Assembly: GCF_963506605.1 (NCBI RefSeq)
Contig: NC_083281.1
Span: 88,102,001 to 88,166,000, forward strand
Length of the DNA: 64,000 bases
Direction of reading: 5' to 3'
Origin: Zootoca vivipara
Lineage: Eukaryota
The notes below the pieces were generated by a model that was given only the letters and a program-made list of their open reading frames with translations, had not been told where the DNA came from and did not search any database. Position 1 is the first letter of the stretch. Each line of letters starts with the position of its first letter. Shown one piece after another: positions 47,193 to 58,173 of this stretch. Both the position numbers and the translations under genes were made by a program.

Positions 47193-48099
47193 ACATTCAT
47201 GAGATTTAACACCCTTTCTAACAGAATCTGTTTTCTCTCTTTCCTAAATGGAACAAAACCACGATGGGAAACGGCGGCCTATCTGCTGGAGCCTGGGAGG
47301 AGACGTCCGGAGAAGAGAAGACCACCGCAAGATGTCATCAGCCGCGAAAGAAGCCGCCCTGAAGACGACACCTGCAACATCGACCCTCCACCTGGCAGTG
47401 AATTTCAGGACTGGACACTTTCTATTGACTCTTTCGGGACTTAAAACAGCAAGCAGGACTTTCTTTAGTAAGATAGGTTGAAATGGATGTATAGAATAGG
47501 ATAGGCAAAACAGGGAGCATTCAAGGGTAGTTAACAGTATACTAGATAGGAGGGAAATTCGGACAGGTTTTATGGTATTTTTTTTGTAAATTTTTGATGT
47601 AAACAGGATGGTGCCCTCCCTCTTTGCAGCATGAGCTGGGGAGTTGCTCATGCAGCGCTGTCTCGAGAATAAACAACTTGTGGTGTTGCCTGATCTTAGT
47701 GTCAATATTCCCTTCTTCTCAAAGCAATTGGCTACCTCTGGGGAAGATTCCTGGGGCAAATTTATCCAACAGGGGACATTGAATCCCTTGGTGAGTGTTT
47801 GAGATGCAAAAGCTACCCCAAATTTGCATATAACGGTCATCAGCAGTGTGGGATGCAAGAAGGAATGGAGTGTTGCTAAATGGCCAATAGGTCCTGGAAA
47901 GGAGAACAGGACCAAAATGGCTGTCATCATGGTGGTCGTTTGATTTGGGGAATTGTTCACTGTTTCCCTCACGAATTTCCAGTATTCTCTTTTTTTCTGA
48001 TTTTCCCTTTTACAATGCTGTGATTTTATTGCTATTTTGCTTTCTTCCTTTCAATCCCTTCAAAGGGAGCCAGGGATTTCTGAGGAAACCGCAATGCAT

Positions 48100-48870
48100 T
48101 GTGGAGATGATTGGTCCTCCCAGTGAAAGGGACGCGACTGCGCACGCGCGGAAAATTAACGGCTTTCCATCTCGTTTCTGTGTCTTTTCCTTCGTTGTTG
48201 TTTTCTAAAAAGCCGCTCCCCTGCTCCTCGTGGCTACGTCACTGCCAGTTACCACGAGGTGGGTTGGGGGAGAGAAACCCCGCCTCGAAAAGTGGATGGA
48301 GCCAAGAAAAGGAAGCGATGGGGGAGGAGCAAGAGGGAGATCGATCATCGGCAGCCTCCGAAAGTAACCCCGTCCCCAACCGACGTAGCCAATCCCCGCG
48401 AAACTACGCCGCTCTTTCCCCATTCGTTGCGGCGTTGCGATGCGGTCGCGTCTGCGTCTGACGTCACAGCCCAGCGCCGAGGCGCGGCTAACAGCTTCCC
48501 CAGCATCCCGCCCTGCTTTGGGCCCTTCGTGTCGCTCAGGGAGAAGCCGGTTCCACTTCCTGGGGCGTCCAGTCCGCTTCCGCTTCCTGTTCGCCCTCCC
48601 TCCCTATCTCTTGCCTCTCTTTCCCCCCCCTTTCTCAGGGGTCGTGGCGCCGCGCCTGGGATGGCTCCTCGGCTGCAACTGGAGAAGGCGGCCTGGCGCT
48701 GGACGGAGACGGTGCCCCCCGAGGCCGTGACCCAGGAGCACATCGAGGCGGCCTACCGTGTCTGCCTGGAGCCCTGTCAGCGCGGAGCCTGCAGGTAAGC
48801 CTCAGGGGCCGGCAGGCTGGGCTTGGGCTAGGGCCCCGGGGGAACCACAGGGCGGCGTCGGCGTCGCCCT
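48100..48870 (+). promoter_or_regulatory. USP48: USP48 CpG-island promoter
   Basis: CpG-dense region over exon 1; CRE TGACGTCA 48459-48466, NRF1-like TGCGCACGCGC near 48139, several ETS-like CTTCC(G/T). Confidence 0.8.
48661..48794 (+). CDS. USP48: USP48 exon 1 (ubiquitin carboxyl-terminal hydrolase 48)
   Basis: [15 protein letters not shown]-terminus; 134 bp; GTAAG donor. Confidence 0.97.
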
Positions 48871-48899
48871 GGAAAGCAACCTTTTGTACTGCAAGTCAA

Positions 48900-49352
48900 T
48901 GGCAGGGCACCTGCACTGCATGCAGGAGCCCCCAGGTTCAATACCCGCTGGCCGTATCTCTAGGTAAGACTAAAAAGAGGCTCCCTGACTAAAACCCTGG
49001 AGAGCCACTGCTGCCAGTCAGTGTAGGCAGTATTGAGGTAGGTGGACCAACGTGGCAACTCGAGAGAAGGCAGCTCCCTATGGCACACAAGCCCCACTTG
49101 TTCTCCCCCCCCACCGGTTTTAATTGTTTTTATTAAATTTATTAGTTGTTTCTTTTGCCGTGGCTACTCAAAGCAACTCACTGGGTATTCTGGAAGTTTT
49201 TAGGAAGGGCCGCGCAGCTCAGTGGTGGAACACCTGCTTTACACGTAGAAAGTTCTGGGTTCAGTTGCCACCCCAGTAGAATGTGGGAAAAGACGCTCTG
49301 TCTGAAACCCTGGGGAGCCATTGCAGCCAGTCACAGTAGGCAATACTGAGCT
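48900..49352 (+). mobile_element. Two tRNA-derived squamate SINE fragments (48900-49082, 49207-49352)
   Basis: Both share GGTTCA and AAACCCTGG.GAGCCA.TGC.GCCAGTCA..GTAGGCA.TA.TGAG. Confidence 0.6.
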
Positions 49353-49762
49353 GTATAGTTCTCATTTCATGCTTCTTCAATGTCAGGGACCCTCACTGAG
49401 ATTGTTGGTGTGTGAGGAACCCCAACAGTGTACATTTTCTGAACTCTTTTCTCTCCTCTAAACCCTCCTTTCCCCTGTTTTCAACTGTGAACTCAAGGGT
49501 TTGTTTTTTGTGTGAGAGTATGTGCACCATATAATTAAAAGCAGATGATCTATTAAGCATCAGGGTTAGATGGGAATGGAAGGAGGTACAGTTACACATG
49601 GTTTGTCTTTAACTTTCATTCTAATTTAAATCAAAAGGACAGGTCAGATGTTTATGGAAGGTTGTTAGGGGCTTGTTTGCCCGTAAACCTCTCTTTTGCC
49701 TGATACAAGTTAAGTGGTTTCATCTGAAACTGATATACTTGCAACTTCTGTGTTATTTAATA

Positions 49763-49970
49763 CAGTGTGGTATAGTACTATGTCAAACTAAGACCTGAGG
49801 GATCAGGGTTCAAATCCCCACTCAGTCATGAAGCTCACCAGGTGGCCTTGGGGGCCAGTCCGTTCCTTTCAGCTTAACTTACCTCACAGGGTTGTTGTGG
49901 GGACTAAAGAAGATAGAACCATTTAAACCACTTTGAGTTCTCTGGAAAAAAGACATGATAGAAATGCAAT
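49763..49970 (+). mobile_element. Squam3-like SINE
   Basis: Homologous to 62006-62228. Confidence 0.65.
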
Positions 49971-50299
49971 TCTGGTTTTCAGCAAAAGCAGCACAGAAAC
50001 TGACAGCTAGACAATGTGGGGAATGTGCAGAAGTTTCCCTTTTTGTTGAAATTTGTAGGGGGAAGGAGGAAACCTGTCAGGGAGCATCATCAACACTGGC
50101 ACACTATCTGCAGTTACTTCAGGATTCCTCTGTGGTTGGTGGGGCTCATGAGCTGCACTTGCAACTAATTGCTGGAGAGGTGTGCTGGAAGTCACACAGG
50201 TGGCATCAGGACATAAGTGGTCTCGGTTGGCTTTAGATGATAGCGATGTGATGAGGTCAGGATATTGGATTCAGATCCTGCTGCTTTTTGCTTTTGCAG

Positions 50300-50420
50300 G
50301 CGAAACTGCCGAGGGAACCCAAACTGCCTGGTAGGAATTGGTGAGCACATCTGGCTGGGGGAGATAGATGAAAACACCTTTCACAATATTGACGATCCAA
50401 ATTTCGAGAGGAGAAAAAAG
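50300..50420 (+). CDS. USP48: USP48 exon 2
   Basis: [40 protein letters not shown]; 121 bp, AG/GT. Confidence 0.96.
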
Positions 50421-51397
50421 GTAACACTACTATGGTCTCCTGGCACCCCAGGGTTCATATGCTGGCCCTGAAGCCTGTGTGAAGGAGGATTATTTTCCCT
50501 AAGATGCATCCTCAACTTGATTCTGGTTTATAGAATTGGAAGGCTTGAAATTTTCTTTGTGGTCCTGGCTGTTGTGTCAGAACTGATAGAGGTTTCTGAG
50601 TGGTAGCTGTAAAGTTCCTTTGCCAGTTCTGTGACAGTAGCTGTCAATAAGAGGGACCCAAGTACTGCAAGCAGAGCTTTATATGACTGTTTCATCTCAG
50701 TCTATTCTGTTGCAGAGGAAAATACCCTTGGATGAGCCCTCCCATGTACAGTACCAGAAAGCTTGTAAAAATATTTTTTTATTTGTTCCTCATTAGTTTT
50801 TTTTATAGCTACATTATTTGGATTTTATTGATTTTTCTTTTATTCTGCTATGTTTGTTTAAATGTCTCGGGCATTTTATGGAAAGTCAGGGGAGAAACAT
50901 GTTAAAAATGTAATAGTTAAATAAAGAAGAACAATGAACCTCCCTGTAAACCAAGGTTGGGCAGGCTGTAGTAGTTGGACTCCCAACTCCAGTCATCTCT
51001 GACTATTGGCTATGTTACTGCTGCTGTTGGGGGACTACAGATGCTCCCCATTCCTGCTGTGAAGTCCTACAAATTCAACCCCCCAAACCAAGAACTATTA
51101 CACAGGTCAAGTGCACTAAAGGCAGGATATATTGTCTTGAAAGGACCTCCCTCCCATCATCTTCTGGAGGCTCTTTGTTAACGTTGTGGAGGTAACCACT
51201 TGGTGGTTTGCCTGCTGGGCCCCGTCCAGATGTTTCGGACCACAACTCCCATTAACTCCAGCCAGTGTTGGCTGTGTGATGCTGGGACTGGCGGCACTTG
51301 GAGACCAAAACATCTGGAGGGCACCAGGTTGGCAAAGGGCTGCCCTTGTGACCTGCTTGGTCATACCTCTGTTGTGTGTTTCCCCTTCCCCTCACAG

Positions 51398-51554
51398 AAT
51401 GCCTTTGTGGGCCTCACAAACCTGGGTGCCACCTGCTACGTCAACACTTTTCTGCAGATGTGGTTCTTGAATTTGGAGCTCCGCCAGGCGCTCTACTTGT
51501 GTCCAATTGCCCGTCCTGAGTACGTGACAGCAGAGGGCACCGTATCAAACAAAG
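51398..51554 (+). CDS. USP48: USP48 exon 3 (catalytic Cys box)
   Basis: [16 protein letters not shown]; 157 bp. Confidence 0.97.
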
Positions 51555-52156
51555 GTAAGTTGGTCAGACTTTTCCCACTGCTCACTAGCACATGGGCAGG
51601 TGCTTTTGATTTGCTCTGACAAGGCTCCGTCTTCTTAGAGGTTGCTACTGTGTCCTGATGTTTCATCTCCTTATTTTGTGGTCCTATTATTCTAGCAGCA
51701 CTGCCTGGGCACTTGTTCCCATTTTACAGATAAGGGATAGAGTTTGAGAGAGGAGAGTTTTGCTGGAGGTCATGCTGTACATCCTGAGCAGAGGCAGTGA
51801 ATCAGCCTCTAGAGACCACAGTAGATTCTCATGGGCACCAGGGTATCTAAACAGAAGCAGAGTCACAAACAAACCTCGACAGAAAGGAAATCTAAATGAA
51901 GAGGAAACCTTCCCTTTCTGAAAGGGTTTGGTTTTTTAAATTGTTATTCAGAATGGCACATCTTGTTAGGTTTTCAGTTGCCAGCAGATGATATGCTGTG
52001 TATATCCGTCTCAATGTGGCAAAGGGGAGCAGGGGGAGGGAGAGGTCTTTTCTAACGGAGTGTGTGCAGAGGGGGGGGGTTGACCATTGTCAATATGAGT
52101 ATATGCGTCATGGTGGGTAAATCTCCCTCTGAAGGAATCCTCTTGCCTTTTGATAG

Positions 52157-52284
52157 ATTATGAGCCTCAGACCATTTGTGAGCACCTCCAGTACTTGTTT
52201 GCTTTGCTGCAGAACAGCAAGAGGCGCTATATCGATCCATCAGGGTTTGTTAAAGCGCTGGGTTTGGACACAGGTCAGCAACAG
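52157..52284 (+). CDS. USP48: USP48 exon 4
   Basis: [20 protein letters not shown]...LDTGQQQ; 128 bp. Confidence 0.96.
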
Positions 52285-52648
52285 GTAACGTTCGGGTGCG
52301 TGCGTGTGAGTGCGTGTTTTTGCCTTGCTCTTTCTGCGGAAGCAGCTGCACATCAGTCCGCTTGCCCTCTGTAATGCTAAGCCACAGTTCCCTAAGCTGA
52401 GGTGAACCAGGGATGTTTTGCCACCGGAGAGGATGGCCCTATCCCATGTTTAATTTCCTTGTACATGGCTGAGGTGCAGTGCCATCGCCGAATCGATACA
52501 ATGAGGGGTGGTGGTGGTTGCTTTGCCTCCTCTTTAAAAGAGCTATACCCTATAACAAAAGAGCTAAGCACCCTCTTCATTTATTTTGTTTGTTTGTTGA
52601 TTTACCCATGTTATCAATGCTGCCTTTGCAACTGTACTGTTCTCCTAG

Positions 52649-52773
52649 GATGCTCAGGAGTTTTCCAAGCTGTTCATGTCCCTGTTGGAGGATACCCTAA
52701 CCTCACAGAAAAACCCAGATGTGCGAGACATTGTCCAGAAGCAGTTTTGTGGAGAGTATGCCTATGTCACAGT
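52649..52773 (+). CDS. USP48: USP48 exon 5
   Basis: [41 protein letters not shown]; 125 bp. Confidence 0.95.
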
Positions 52774-52799
52774 GTAAGTTTCTCCTCCTCTTAGTCTTT

Positions 52800-53129
52800 T
52801 GTTGCTTTATAGCTTTGTGTATTCCCAATTCAAAGTGCTGATTTTGACCGAATAAATTCTTGTGTTGCTTAGGACCCCAATACCTCAAGGACCATCTCCC
52901 CACATATGAACCAACCAAGACCCCACTATCGTCTTCCTAGGCTCTTCTCCATGTGGCCCCTCCATGGGAGGTCCAGAGGGGGGCAACATGAGATCAGGTC
53001 TTTTTCAGTGGTGGCTCCCCATTTGTAGAATGCTTTCCCCAGGGAAGCTCGCCTGGCACCACCGTTTTAGGCTCCATGCAAAAACATTCCTTTTTAATCA
53101 GGCCTTTGGGTTTTAACAATATATATGGC
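52800..53129 (+). mobile_element. Degenerate L2 3' fragment
   Basis: CAATTCAAAGTGCTG, GGACCCCAATACCTCAAGGA and TTTTCAGTGGTGGCTCCC resemble the L2 3' end seen at 2868-3020. Confidence 0.6.
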
Positions 53130-53185
53130 AGGCCATATATATTGTTAAAACCCAAAGGCCTGATTAAAAAGGAATGTTTTTGCAT
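53076..53185. repeat. Perfect palindrome, 54-bp arms with 2-nt loop
   Basis: 53076-53129 is the exact reverse complement of 53132-53185. Confidence 0.97.
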
Positions 53186-53376
53186 TGTTTTTGTTTTAAA
53201 TGTTGGTTTTAATGTTTGTGTGTGTGTTTGGCTTTTGCTTATAATACTGTAAGTTTATTTGAGCTGCCATGAGAGAACAGTGACCAATAAATTTAATAAA
53301 TAATTATATCCGTGATTTCTGAAGAAGCAATTCTTCTTGAGGTAATCTTCAGTGGTGTTTTTTTCCTCTTCCCCAG

Positions 53377-53485
53377 CTGCAACCAGTGTGGCAGAGAGTC
53401 CAAACTTATATCAAAATTTTATGAGCTTGAGTTGAACATCCAGGGCCACAAGCAACTGTCGGACTGCATCACAGAGTTTCTGAAG
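53377..53485 (+). CDS. USP48: USP48 exon 6
   Basis: [36 protein letters not shown]; 109 bp. Confidence 0.96.
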
Positions 53486-54213
53486 GTATCAACTCTTCCT
53501 TGGGAGTTTTCTCCTTGTCACTTTCATCCTCCAGCCTATTATGGCTTGAGGCCAATTTCCTTTCGGTTCTCTTTGCTTTATCTCAAACTTAGTTTGGGTG
53601 GGATCTGAATAGAGGAGATTGGTCCTAGTTGGCCCTAATTTCTGCATGTGTCATTAAATTTGTTGGTCCTTCGGGGATTTTTGTGCCTATGGAGCTTTTA
53701 TAAAAATTAATTCCAACAGGCTGCCTAGAAGGATAATCTTAAGTGTGGTGCCTGTCAAATTATTATTATTATTATTATTAATAAACTGATGTTTATTTTT
53801 TGTTTGAGGGTTTTTTAAATATATAAAAAGTTTATTTCATGAAATTTATACATTGCTTGGTTATTTTTAAAAAGCCTCAAAGTTGTATGCAAAGAGTATA
53901 AATTGATTAGGAATTTTCTGAAAAAGAAGATAAGAAGGGTCCTGCTTTGTTTATTCTCCCGAGATATAGGTTTGGTTTCAGCTTCTGTGTATCAAGCGGC
54001 AGTCCCCAAATTCCGGTCTCCTGCTGTAGAGGCTGTTTCCAGAATGGCACTGAAGGAAGACCCATAGGCAACATTGACACTCTTTCCATGCATGGATTCA
54101 GGAGCTAAAGAGTGGATTTGATGCCAAAGGGTCTGTTCCCACCTCGGTGAAATTCTAGCCTGCCTCAGAGGCATCCAGGTGACTTTTGCTCCATTTGTCT
54201 CTTGCTTGGCTAG

Positions 54214-54347
54214 GAAGAAAAGTTGGAAGGGGACAACCGCTACTTCTGTGAGACCTGCCAGAGCAAGCAGAACGCCACCCGCAGGATCCGTCTCCTCAGC
54301 CTCCCATGCACCCTCAACCTGCAGCTCATGCGCTTCGTGTTTGACAG
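54214..54347 (+). CDS. USP48: USP48 exon 7 (GC donor)
   Basis: [45 protein letters not shown]; 134 bp; donor AG|GCAAG. Confidence 0.94.
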
Positions 54348-54953
54348 GCAAGCATCTCTTCTTGTTCCAGTACCCCAGGGTTGGGAGCCTTTGGAGCTGC
54401 TGTGGTCAGATCCCTCCGTACTGGAAGGAGGCTGGCTTATGCTTACACACACACACACACACCAATTTATTTTATTTCACAAAATACAACAAGCATTTCA
54501 GAGCAATTTACATAAAGAGATAAAACAAATGAAATTACCAGTAAGAAAAATGTTATCAGTAAGAAAAATAACAAGGAAAATAGCAAGGGATTAAAATTTG
54601 CACCAGCTTTGTAAACATCTGGTTAGGCTTGCCTAAACAAAAATGGTTCCCGCAGTTGCTGAAAAGAGTACAGAAAAGGCTCCAGCCTGCTGTCAGTATA
54701 GGTGCTGCCACACGAAAAGATTGATTTCTTACCAATGGAATGGATATTAAGCGGCGCCTGTAACAGTGCCGCAGATCGAACTGAACGGGACGAGATCAGT
54801 GGATTTGTAGCTGGTTGATTGACTTAACCCGAAGACTACTCCCTAACGGTTCCTCGTCATCCTGGGGAAAGGTGACAAGTAGGGTGCTGCGAGTGTGTTG
54901 GGAGTTGCCCAACTCGGCTTTACCGTTTGCTCTTTCTTCTCTTGCTTCCTTAG

Positions 54954-55036
54954 GCAAACAGGCCACAAGAAGAAGCTGAACGCCTACATCGAGTTCTCAG
55001 AATTGCTGGACATGGAGCCCTACATGGAAGACAAAG
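54954..55036 (+). CDS. USP48: USP48 exon 8
   Basis: [27 protein letters not shown]; 83 bp. Confidence 0.95.
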
Positions 55037-55541
55037 GTGAGGTTATGATCTTATGTAGCCAAGTGGCAGCTTGTGATTGGGCATGAAGGGGTGGCAGTCG
55101 GGGCTGGTCCATTAAGGCAAACAGGGCACTGCCCCAGCAGTCTCACTGCCCTTCACCAGACCCTGCCTTGGCTGCCTTCTTACTTACAAGCAGCCCAGGT
55201 ATGTGGCACTTGCTGTCAGCTTCCTCAGCCTCAGTGTTTCCCCATGTAGAACTCAAAAAGGAGGAGGGCAGAGGCAAAAGTAGTTCACTCCGGCACCACC
55301 ATGCTGTTGAGCTCCCTGCTTTTCTATCCTGCCAATCCCAATGTACACCAGCCACGGCCCATGGGGGACAAAAAAGCCGATCTCTGCCTCCCTAAATATT
55401 ACAATGACGAAGCGGGTAACGGCATAAACGCTGCAGGGGCTATTCTGTCTGCCATCCCTATGCATTGCAGGCGGTTGGACTAGATGACCCGTGGGTCCCT
55501 TCTAACACTACAGTTCTCTGATTCTGTGATCCACCTTCCAG

Positions 55542-55721
55542 CCAGCATCTTTGTCTATGAGCTCAGTGCTGTCCTCATCCACCGTGGCGTGAGTGCCTAC
55601 TCCGGCCACTACATTGCCCACGTCAAGGACCCCCAGACGGGAGAGTGGTACCGGTTCAATGATGAAGAGATAGAGAAGATGGAGGGCAAGAAACTGCAGC
55701 TGGGGGCAGAAGAAGACCTAG
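55542..55721 (+). CDS. USP48: USP48 exon 9 (His box)
   Basis: [25 protein letters not shown]...WYRFNDE; 180 bp. Confidence 0.97.
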
Positions 55722-55869
55722 GTAAGACCTCACCAAAAACACACAGAGGAGGCTCTGGCTCCTATAAGCAGTTAGGAGTCAAACCATTTGGAGCAGCCAT
55801 GGTGGGAAGACACCCTCTTGTCCCTCCAAGTGTCCAAATCTGGCACTGTTGCCCTGACTGCCTCTATGT

Positions 55870-56146
55870 CAGGCATGTCCAACAGGTAGATCGTGATCTA
55901 CCGGTAGATCACTGGACGTTTGCGGTAGATCACTGGTAGATCATTGACTCCCCCCAAAGAAGCTGAACAACTGTGGCTCCCCTAAAAAAAGGTCAACATT
56001 TTACCTCCTCCCTGAAAATGGGCCTTCGTCCTTCCTAAAAAAAGCTCATCAACAACTTTGATCTGAACACCCAAAAAGGGGGTAGATCACTGCCAGTTTT
56101 TAACTCTATGAGTAGATCGCAGTCTCTTGGGAGTTGGCCACCCCTG
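55870..56146. mobile_element. hAT MITE, same family as 21793-22069, opposite orientation
   Basis: CAGGCATGTCCAAC ... GTTGGCCACCCCTG; perfect TSD CTCTATGT (55862-55869, 56147-56154). Confidence 0.92.
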
Positions 56147-57384
56147 CTCTATGTTTTCAGGCTCGGTTCACCAAATTCCAGATTCAATCAATAAAGCACA
56201 GGACCTTGATGTCTGTGTCCTGGCTTGCATTTGCCTGGGTCCTGCGTTCATCGCCTGAGGCGCTTCTCCAAGCGTGGTTTGGAGGGTGTCAGCAAGGGAC
56301 AGGGCCTTTTTAGTTACGGGCCCCTCTTTTGGTCTTTGGAATGCTCTCCCTAGTAAGGCCTGCCTTGTGCCCTCATTAATGTGATTTCAGCATATCTGCG
56401 CTCTGAGGTATTTGAGGGAACGTGATTATGTTTCTGTGTTATATCTTCTTTGGATATTATTTAATTAGACCCGATGGTCATTTTTAATGCCTAGAGGAAT
56501 TTTTTATTAGACGAAGGATTTAATGACTCCCCAAGGCCAGGGAATTGAGAGAATCATAGCTCAGCACCATTCTAGAGGGCCACAGGATAGAGAAGACTGC
56601 CTGTCTCTGTCCTGTGAGCACTCCTGGATTGACACCCTTCGGATGTTGCTGAATTACAACTTGCATTATTCCTAGCTGTGCCGGCCAGGGCTGATGGGAG
56701 TTGTAGTTTCAGCAACATCCAAAGGGCCAAAAGCTGGATATGCCTGGTGTATTGGGACCAGCAAAGGGTTAACTACTCAGTTGCCGTTTCCACCAGCAAT
56801 AAAACCTCTTGTGCCTTGGCATAATTATCCCCAGAAGAAATGGCTCCATTAACATGTTTACGCAACCCACGTTTGGCGAGGCTTGTGTGTGCTAAGGGGT
56901 GTGTATCTGATAGCTCCAAATTGCTGGCTCTCGTGAGGCCCTTTGGAAGTAACCACTTTCAGTCTTGGCTCCTTGCTCTGGGCTGTCTTCCTTCCTCATG
57001 TGCTTGGCAGGTGATGTGAATGGGACATCCCTTAAATAGTAAGTAGAAGTAAACATGCTAATGGGGGGCACATTGGGGACCCACCCAAATAAATTTGGCA
57101 CTCTGGCAAAGCTGCACAAGTGGGGTGGGAGGGTCTGGCCAAAGGTTAGCTGCATTGAACCTGGCAGATGAAGCACTCTGGATGGGGTGAGATGCAGGGC
57201 AATGCCTCACTAGGGCGGAACGCTCAGCAACCCAGGACCCACCACTGAAAAGGCCCCATCACAGTGAGTTGAGAGGGAAGAGCCAGGGAGAAGAGCATTC
57301 CAGGTTCTGCTTCCTTGACAGGAGAGAGAGAGAGAGCAGGTGTCTCAGGGCTTCTCTTGTGCTTGGCTTCTCTCTCCCCACTAG

Positions 57385-57507
57385 AGCCTCCTAAATCTCA
57401 GACTCGGAAGCTCAAATGCGGGAAGGGGGTTTACCGCTCTCGGAACGCCTACATGCTGGTGTACAGGCTGCAGACACGGGAGAAATCGCTGAGTGTGGAA
57501 ATTCCAG
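57385..57507 (+). CDS. USP48: USP48 exon 10
   Basis: [28 protein letters not shown]; 123 bp, phase 1-1. Confidence 0.95.
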
Positions 57508-57852
57508 GTAAGGAGTTTTGTGTGAAAAGGGCTGTTATGAAACAATTTCTTGGGTCTGTATATAGTGGACGTTGCAGTAAGTAATGGCAAATGTCCTCTG
57601 CACATGGTTCTCCCCCAAGAGATGTTTTATATTGGTTGGGGAGGTGGCAAGTCTGCTTGGTGGTTTCATCAGAAACCTTACATGAGCTTAATCCTCCTTT
57701 GGCGGAGACCTGTAAATTACTCTCAAGAAAATGTTGGCTCAGGGGCTTCTCAGGTGGGGCCTTATTACATCCACTAATGGGGGCAAATTGCCTCTGAATG
57801 CCATTTGCACCTCCAGGTATAGGGCAGTGTATAAAATGAATAAATATAATAA

Positions 57853-57884
<32 letters not shown>

Positions 57885-58173
57885 GAAATAATAGTAGAAA
57901 TAATAGTAGAAATAATAAAAGAATAATACAGTAATAGAAATAACAACAACAACAACAATAATAATATAATATTGTGTTGGCCACTGCGCCAACAGGATGG
58001 TGGACTAGGTGGGTCCATTTTGGCTTGCTCCAGTTGCGGCCAGACTCTTCTGATACTCTTATTTTGGGGGTCTCCAAGCCCATATACACCCACTTGACTC
58101 CCTCGGTCGGCAGAACGGGTACTACTGCAGGTGCAACGTCATACCTGTTCTCCATTTATAAGAACTCAATATT

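Larger units (their letters stand above)
37005..47525 (+). repeat. Direct segmental duplicate of 21793-28423
   Basis: Introns and exons colinear and highly similar; homology starts at the MITE left TIR and ends near GGGAGCATTCAAGG. Confidence 0.95.

Noticed and set aside
37005-47525. Copy 2 as an uncollapsed allelic haplotype
   Set aside because: Many substitutions and indels, a 3.4-kb private insertion and distinct flanks favour true paralogy, although an N gap lies between the copies, so long reads should confirm.
48259-48660. N-terminal extension of USP48 in ORF 48259..48798
   Set aside because: GC-rich open frame through the CpG island; homology starts at MAPRLQLEK (48661).
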